From NCBI GenBank assembly GCA_022827275.1, contig JAJDTG010000010.1, positions 22,968 to 86,967 on the forward strand: a DNA stretch of 64,000 bases, written 5' to 3'. Numbering within the stretch: the first letter of the stretch is position 1; each line of letters opens with the position of its first letter. The notes under the pieces were generated by a model. The model was not told the DNA's origin. It did not search any database and worked only from the letters and a program-made list of their open reading frames with translations. Below, in pieces: positions 58,932-64,000 of the stretch. Origin of the DNA: Candidatus Dadabacteria bacterium. GTDB lineage: Bacteria; Desulfobacterota_D; UBA1144; Nemesobacterales; Nemesobacteraceae. The translations under genes and the position numbers were made by a program.

Positions 58932-60836
58932 ATGGATAACCCTATCTCTTCTTTTCCTGACCGCAGCGATAGCAGCAACTCCTCGCACGAATTTTTTTGC
59001 ATACCTCGATACGTCGCTCTTTTAATTTCAGGAGTTTTTTTCCTTCTAATGCTTTTTCCTTTGGCTTCGGGCGTTAGTGCCGAGGAACCGGAGAAGGACG
59101 AAACGGTTTCTATCTCCGGGATCAGCATAAAAGGGCTAAAAGATATAGAACTCGAGAGGATAAAGGACTCCATGATAACCTCTTTTCCTTCAAGGAGACC
59201 TTGGAGAAAACCTCCGGAATTTAACGAACAGTTCCTTGAGGACGATATAAAAAGAATAGAGCAGGTTCTCAGGGAACATGGTTATTACGGTTCCACAGTA
59301 ACCCATACATTGGATTTCCGGGATGGAAACCGAAAAGTGGATATAGAAATAAGAGTGGACCAAGGAGACCCCGTAATAGTGAAGGCTCTGAACATAGTAG
59401 TTCTTGGGAACCAGCCGGACGATTACGTCTCCGATGTCTATGAAGTGATTCTCTTGGAAGAGGGAAAACCTTTTTCCCAGATAAGCTACCAGAAGTCAAA
59501 AGTTCTTATCACGGAACTGTTTTCCGATAGGGGCTATCCTCTGGCGGATGTAAAATCCGAGGCGATTGTGAGCCTGAGGAGCAGAGAGGTTAATGTTAAG
59601 TTCACAATCGACCCGGACCAGGAATATTATTTCGGCGACGTGATATTCAGGGGAAATTCCAATATTGCCACCAGACTTCTGGAGCGGGAGATAGAGTACG
59701 AGAAAGGGGACCTGTTTTCTCTCAAAGAGACTCAGAAATCGCGGGCAAACATTTTTGAAACCGGACTTTTTAATTCCGTTATAGTGGATACCGATTACGA
59801 CGAGCAGAAGTTTGAGGCTCAGACTATATACAGCGTTACCGAAAGGAAACTGGGAACAATAAGACTTGGAGCTGGATACGCCACGGAGGACAATTTAAGG
59901 GCACAGTTGTCTTGGAGCCAGAGAAACTTCTTCGACGGCGGAAGGACCCTGCAGATCACTTCCAGTTATTCATCCCTGACACGGGGACTGCTGGCCAGGC
60001 TTGATCAGCCTCACTTAGTCGGCAGGAATTCCAGTCTTGCTTTCTTGCTTGACGTAAGAAGGGATGATTTCCCGGGCTATGAGGGCTTGAGTTTCGATTT
60101 CAACAGCACTTTGTCCAAGGAGTTTTTTGATTATCTTACACTTTTCAGCTCCCTAAATGTCATATACGCGGATATAAAATCTCAGGTGGTAAGAACGCCA
60201 ATTGAAAGTGCCCGCGACAGCGTCTTCCTGACGGTTCTTGATCTGGGGGTTGAGTATGATCTGACCGACAGCCTTATAAATCCTACCAGTGGAATGCGGC
60301 TGTTTTTCTTCATGGAAACACCGATTCAGACCACTAGTTCCGCCCGCACTAATTACCTGAAGTTTCTGGCCGAGTTAAAATACTACAAGAATGTTTCCGG
60401 AATCGTTCTAGGGAAAAGGGCGACGATCGGAAATATAAGCACACTTGGGGAAACTGACCCGCTTGACGTACCGATCTTCAAAAGGTTCTTCGCCGGAGGC
60501 AGTGCAAGCATGAGAGGCTATTCATTTCAGCATCTGAGTCCGCTTAATTCGGATCGGGACCCTCTGGGAGGCAACTCCATGATCGTCGGCAACGCTGAAG
60601 CCCGCTTCGGACTTTTCAACAAGCTGGGAGCGGTAATTTTCTTCGATTACGGAAATGTTTATTCAAAGAGTTTCGGTTTCAGTGTTTCCGATCTGAAGTA
60701 TGCGGCCGGTGCTGGGTTGAGATACCATACGATTATCGGGCCGATCAGGGCGGATTTCGGCTACCTTCTAAACCCCGAGGATGAGGAGAGAGATGACAGG
60801 TTCAAGATTTTTATAAGTATAGGGCAGGCTTTTTAG
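58932..60836 (+). CDS. Omp85-family outer membrane protein (BamA/TamA-like; POTRA repeats + surface-antigen D15 beta-barrel)
   Basis: Signal peptide, POTRA-like repeats, C-terminal barrel ending ...FFISIGQAF (aromatic terminus); 634 aa is short for canonical BamA. Confidence 0.75.
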   Translation: MDNPISSFPDRSDSSNSSHEFFCIPRYVALLISGVFFLLMLFPLASGVSAEEPEKDETVSISGISIKGLKDIELERIKDSMITSFPSRRPWRKPPEFNEQFLEDDIKRIEQVLREHGYYGSTVTHTLDFRDGNRKVDIEIRVDQGDPVIVKALNIVVLGNQPDDYVSDVYEVILLEEGKPFSQISYQKSKVLITELFSDRGYPLADVKSEAIVSLRSREVNVKFTIDPDQEYYFGDVIFRGNSNIATRLLEREIEYEKGDLFSLKETQKSRANIFETGLFNSVIVDTDYDEQKFEAQTIYSVTERKLGTIRLGAGYATEDNLRAQLSWSQRNFFDGGRTLQITSSYSSLTRGLLARLDQPHLVGRNSSLAFLLDVRRDDFPGYEGLSFDFNSTLSKEFFDYLTLFSSLNVIYADIKSQVVRTPIESARDSVFLTVLDLGVEYDLTDSLINPTSGMRLFFFMETPIQTTSSARTNYLKFLAELKYYKNVSGIVLGKRATIGNISTLGETDPLDVPIFKRFFAGGSASMRGYSFQHLSPLNSDRDPLGGNSMIVGNAEARFGLFNKLGAVIFFDYGNVYSKSFGFSVSDLKYAAGAGLRYHTIIGPIRADFGYLLNPEDEERDDRFKIFISIGQAF

Positions 60837-62029
60837 TAGCCGCGGGTTTCCTGAAGAAGCTTTCTTACCCCTCTTGCCGCCTGAGTTATTCTGTTCTCGT
60901 TCTCAACAAGCGCGAGTCTTACGAATCCTTCTCCGTAGTTTCCGAATCCCACTCCGGGGGATACGGCAACTTTAGATTTCTCTATAAGAAGTTTCGAGAA
61001 TTCAAGCGACCCCATTTCCGTGAACTCTTCAGGTATCTGTGCCCATACGAACATCGTGGCTTTCGGTTTTGGGATTTCCCATCCGGCCCTTGCGAATGAT
61101 TCGATCAGCTTGTCTCTTCTGGACCTGTAGGTCTCCCTTATATGCTCTATGGGTTGCTGAGGTCCGTTGAGGGCGGTAATTGCAGCTATCTGGATCGGCT
61201 GAAATATCCCGTAGTCAAGGTAGCTCTTTATCCTTTTGAGTGCGGAAACGATTTCCGGGTTTCCTACCATGAAGCCGACCCTCCAGCCGGGCATATTGTA
61301 GGTTTTGGAAAGTGAATAGAATTCCACCGCAACATCTTTGGCTCCCTTTACCTGCATTATGCTCGGGGCCTTGTATCCGTCGTAACACAGTTCTGCGTAG
61401 ACCAGATCATGCACTACTATAAGCCCTGTTTCATGTGCCAAATCACAGATTTTTTCGAAGAAATCAAGGTCCATGACTTGTGTGGTCGGATTGTTGGGGA
61501 ATGAAAGAATAAGCACTTTGGGCCTTGGCCACACTTCCTTTATCGCTTTTTCTATTGACTGTATCAAGTCTTCTTTCTTACCCATGGGACAACTGTGAGT
61601 GTCTCCTCTTGCTATGATTACGGAGTAGCCGTGTATTGGGTAGGTAGGATCGGGAACTATCGCTATATCTCCTGGGGAGAGTATGGAAAGCATTAAATGC
61701 GATATGCCTTCTTTTGACCCTATCGTGACGACGGCTTCGGAATCCGGATCAAGGTCAACATCGAATTTTCTTCTGTACCAGTCGGTTATGGCCAGACGAA
61801 GCTTGGGCAATCCGGCGGAAGCGGAGTATCTGTGGTTTCTGGGTTCTCTTACTGCCTCGCGCAGTTTTTCCACTATATGGTCCGGCGTTGCCTGATCAGG
61901 ATTCCCCATGCCGAGGTCGATTATATCCTCTCCTCTGGCGCGTGCTTGGTGCTTAAGTTCGTTGACTACGCCGAGCACATAAGGGGGAATTCGGTTTATG
62001 AGGGAAAAATTATGATCCGGACGGTTCAT
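60833..62029 (-). CDS. class I PLP-dependent aminotransferase, possibly LL-diaminopimelate aminotransferase (DapL)-like
   Basis: [12 protein letters not shown]...[15 protein letters not shown] resembles DapL LPPY.F.EI...G.DVI.LGIGDPD.PTP; PLP-Lys region present. Confidence 0.6.
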   Translation of the reverse strand: MNRPDHNFSLINRIPPYVLGVVNELKHQARARGEDIIDLGMGNPDQATPDHIVEKLREAVREPRNHRYSASAGLPKLRLAITDWYRRKFDVDLDPDSEAVVTIGSKEGISHLMLSILSPGDIAIVPDPTYPIHGYSVIIARGDTHSCPMGKKEDLIQSIEKAIKEVWPRPKVLILSFPNNPTTQVMDLDFFEKICDLAHETGLIVVHDLVYAELCYDGYKAPSIMQVKGAKDVAVEFYSLSKTYNMPGWRVGFMVGNPEIVSALKRIKSYLDYGIFQPIQIAAITALNGPQQPIEHIRETYRSRRDKLIESFARAGWEIPKPKATMFVWAQIPEEFTEMGSLEFSKLLIEKSKVAVSPGVGFGNYGEGFVRLALVENENRITQAARGVRKLLQETRGY

Positions 62030-62160
62030 TGTATCTGCCTATTTCTTGGTGGCACTATTCTATTATAACTGCTTATAATCTCAAGATTGCAGCCGGTAGA
62101 ACGGGTATTTCCAGCATGTCGGTGTCTGCTAGGGAATCCGTTATGGTAAAATAAAACCTT

Positions 62161-62826
62161 ATGATCTGGGTCAGATTTGCTGTTTTGATTGCGTTTTTTG
62201 CGGTCGGTTGCTCTTTTTCTTCGGGTTCTCCGAGGTGGGAAAGCCGGGATTTTCAGCGCCCCAAATCGACGGATACCGTACAGTACGGCAAGGCTTCCTG
62301 GTATGGGGACAAGGAGCATGGCAAGAGGTCCGCAAGTGGCGAGGTCTTTAACAGAAATGCCTATACCGCGGCGCACAAGGAGCTTCCTTTCGGTACCGTC
62401 GTACGCGTTACCAATCGCGAGAATGGCAGAAAGGTAAAAGTCAGGATAAATGACAGGGGTCCTTACGTAAGGGGCAGGGTGATAGATCTCTCATACGCGG
62501 CCGCTAAATCCATCGGACTTGTCAGAAGTGGTGTTGCGGAGGTTAAGGTAGAAGTGCTGTCGACGCCCTCTGAAAGATCAGAAAGCCTTTTCGTCTCCCT
62601 CTACACAGTCCAGGCTGGCTCTTTTCGAAGCAAGGCGGCGGCCAAAGAACTCAAAAGGAAGCTTTCACGTGTCACGGACGAGGAGGTGAGAGTGGAATCT
62701 TTTGCCTTTGAGGGGGATAATTACTACAGGGTTAGGGTGGGCAGGTTCAAGAAAAGGAAAGACGCCGAAATGCTTCGCGTAGTTTTGAGAAAACGGGGAT
62801 ACTCGGCCAGAATATACGTTGAGTAA
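62161..62826 (+). CDS. rlpA: septal ring lytic transglycosylase RlpA with C-terminal SPOR domain
   Basis: DPBB domain (ASWYGDKEHGKRSASGEVFN...TVVRVTN...VRINDRGP), SPOR-like C-terminus. Confidence 0.85.
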   Translation: MIWVRFAVLIAFFAVGCSFSSGSPRWESRDFQRPKSTDTVQYGKASWYGDKEHGKRSASGEVFNRNAYTAAHKELPFGTVVRVTNRENGRKVKVRINDRGPYVRGRVIDLSYAAAKSIGLVRSGVAEVKVEVLSTPSERSESLFVSLYTVQAGSFRSKAAAKELKRKLSRVTDEEVRVESFAFEGDNYYRVRVGRFKKRKDAEMLRVVLRKRGYSARIYVE

Positions 62827-62859
62827 TCTCCTGCGGTTTCGAAAAACATATAGAGTCGA

Positions 62860-63663
62860 ATGATGAAGAAGCTGAGAACAACTGATTTTCTCAAGATGAA
62901 GGAACAGGGCGAGAAAATCGCCATGATAACTGCGTACGATGCTACCATTGCCGCGATAGTGGATGCGGCGGGAGCAGATGTGGTTCTGGTTGGGGATTCT
63001 CTTGGAAACGTGGTTCAGGGCCTTGAAGATACGCTTTCTGTTACGCTGGATGAGATGATTTATCACACGAAGATTGTCTCAAGAGGAGTGGACCGGGCCC
63101 ATTTGTGTTCGGATATGCCATTTCTTTCCTATCAAAAGTCTCCCGAAGAGGCTATAGAGAGCGCCGGAAGACTCTTAAAGGAAGGGAGGGCTGAGTCGGT
63201 TAAACTCGAGGTAAATGATGCATACGTCGATACCGTGTACCGCATCCAGAAAGCCGGGATTCCTGTTGTTGCTCATATAGGGCTTTGTCCGCAGTCTGTT
63301 CACGTAATGGGTGGTTACAAGGTGCAGGGAGGTCTGCCGGGCGGGCGCGAGGAGCTTTTGGATCTCGCCAAGTCCTGTGAGCAGGCGGGTGCTTTCATGG
63401 TGCTTATCGAAAGCGTTTTATCTGAGGTAGCCAGAGATATTACCGAGAGTATAGGAATACCGACAGTCGGGATAGGGTCCGGGGTAGATTGCGATGGGCA
63501 GGTGCTTGTTGTAAATGACATGATCGGCCTGACGCCGGAGCCGCTCCCCAAGTTCGTCAAGAAATACGCGAAGGTTGCCGAGACAATCTCCGATTCAACG
63601 AAAAAATACGTGCAAGACGTAAAAGAGGGAAATTTTCCTTCAAAGGAGCAGTCTTATGGATAG
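62860..63663 (+). CDS. panB: 3-methyl-2-oxobutanoate hydroxymethyltransferase
   Basis: KIAMITAYDATIAAIVDAAGADVVLVGDSLGNVVQG. Confidence 0.9.
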   Translation: MMKKLRTTDFLKMKEQGEKIAMITAYDATIAAIVDAAGADVVLVGDSLGNVVQGLEDTLSVTLDEMIYHTKIVSRGVDRAHLCSDMPFLSYQKSPEEAIESAGRLLKEGRAESVKLEVNDAYVDTVYRIQKAGIPVVAHIGLCPQSVHVMGGYKVQGGLPGGREELLDLAKSCEQAGAFMVLIESVLSEVARDITESIGIPTVGIGSGVDCDGQVLVVNDMIGLTPEPLPKFVKKYAKVAETISDSTKKYVQDVKEGNFPSKEQSYG

Positions 63664-64000
63664 TGTGGAGGCGCTTTCTGTGCTCAACCGCCCTTCCGAG
63701 ATGAAGGAGATTTCCGACGCTTGCAGAAAAACGGGCAAAAAACTCGGCTTTGTTCCCACTATGGGGGCCCTGCACAAGGGGCATATTACCCTCGTGGAGG
63801 AATCGGTTAGAAGGGCGGACGTGACAGTCGCAAGTGTTTTTGTTAATCCCACGCAGTTCGGACCCGGTGAGGACTTCGATCGTTACGAGAGGGACTACGA
63901 AGGCGACATGGAAAAACTTGTGCGCTGCGGCGTTAACTATCTGTTTTATCCGGATATAAGCGATATTTATCCCGACGGTTTTCAGACCACGGTTTCTGTG
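63656..64000 (+). CDS. panC: pantoate--beta-alanine ligase (5' partial, runs off window)
   Basis: FVPTMGALHKGHITLVEE HxGH motif; overlaps panB stop. Confidence 0.85.
   Translation, partial: MDSVEALSVLNRPSEMKEISDACRKTGKKLGFVPTMGALHKGHITLVEESVRRADVTVASVFVNPTQFGPGEDFDRYERDYEGDMEKLVRCGVNYLFYPDISDIYPDGFQTTVSV

Noticed and set aside
1-64000. CRISPR arrays, tRNA genes, integrases/transposases
   Set aside because: No regularly spaced short repeats, no cloverleaf-like GTTCGAATC-type T-arm sequences in intergenic regions, and no recombinase-like ORFs were recognised by eye. A tRNAscan/Infernal run would be needed to be certain.

Overview
This window is a bacterial chromosomal segment with a backbone of roughly 45-50% GC by eye. 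It is densely packed with housekeeping genes: rRNA pseudouridine synthase, tmk, prfA, dapF, hisA/hisF, rny, rng, glyQS, trmFO, purK/purE/purN, dxr-uppS-rseP, an rpsU-dnaG-rpoD macromolecular-synthesis operon, aroB/aroF-type DAHP synthase, apt, trmB, an Omp85-family protein, rlpA and panBC. Stand-out content: (1) an approximately 6 kb high-GC island (about 28.0-34.3 kb) inserted between tatA and glyS. It carries a kexin-like lipoprotein subtilase (Calx-beta + S8 + P domain) preceded by a separately encoded possible I9-type propeptide, an SDR epimerase / steroid-5alpha-reductase-like pair, several gene remnants and an approximately 210 bp duplicated internal fragment of glyS. (2) An unusual sulfur/redox cluster at 2.3-8.1 kb: rhodanese, SufE, SufU-like scaffold, a stand-alone SagB-type dehydrogenase, an FAD disulfide-type oxidoreductase and a NapH-like polyferredoxin membrane protein, with no SufS in view. 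(3) An AlbA_2/ATPase-type protein plus an AT-rich orphan ORF flanked by a structured repeat. (4) Futalosine (mqnA/mqnD) genes next to a GGCT-FGase-like fusion. (5) An orphan 5S rRNA gene with its own promoter directly downstream of rpoD. No CRISPR arrays, tRNAs, integrases or transposases were recognised.
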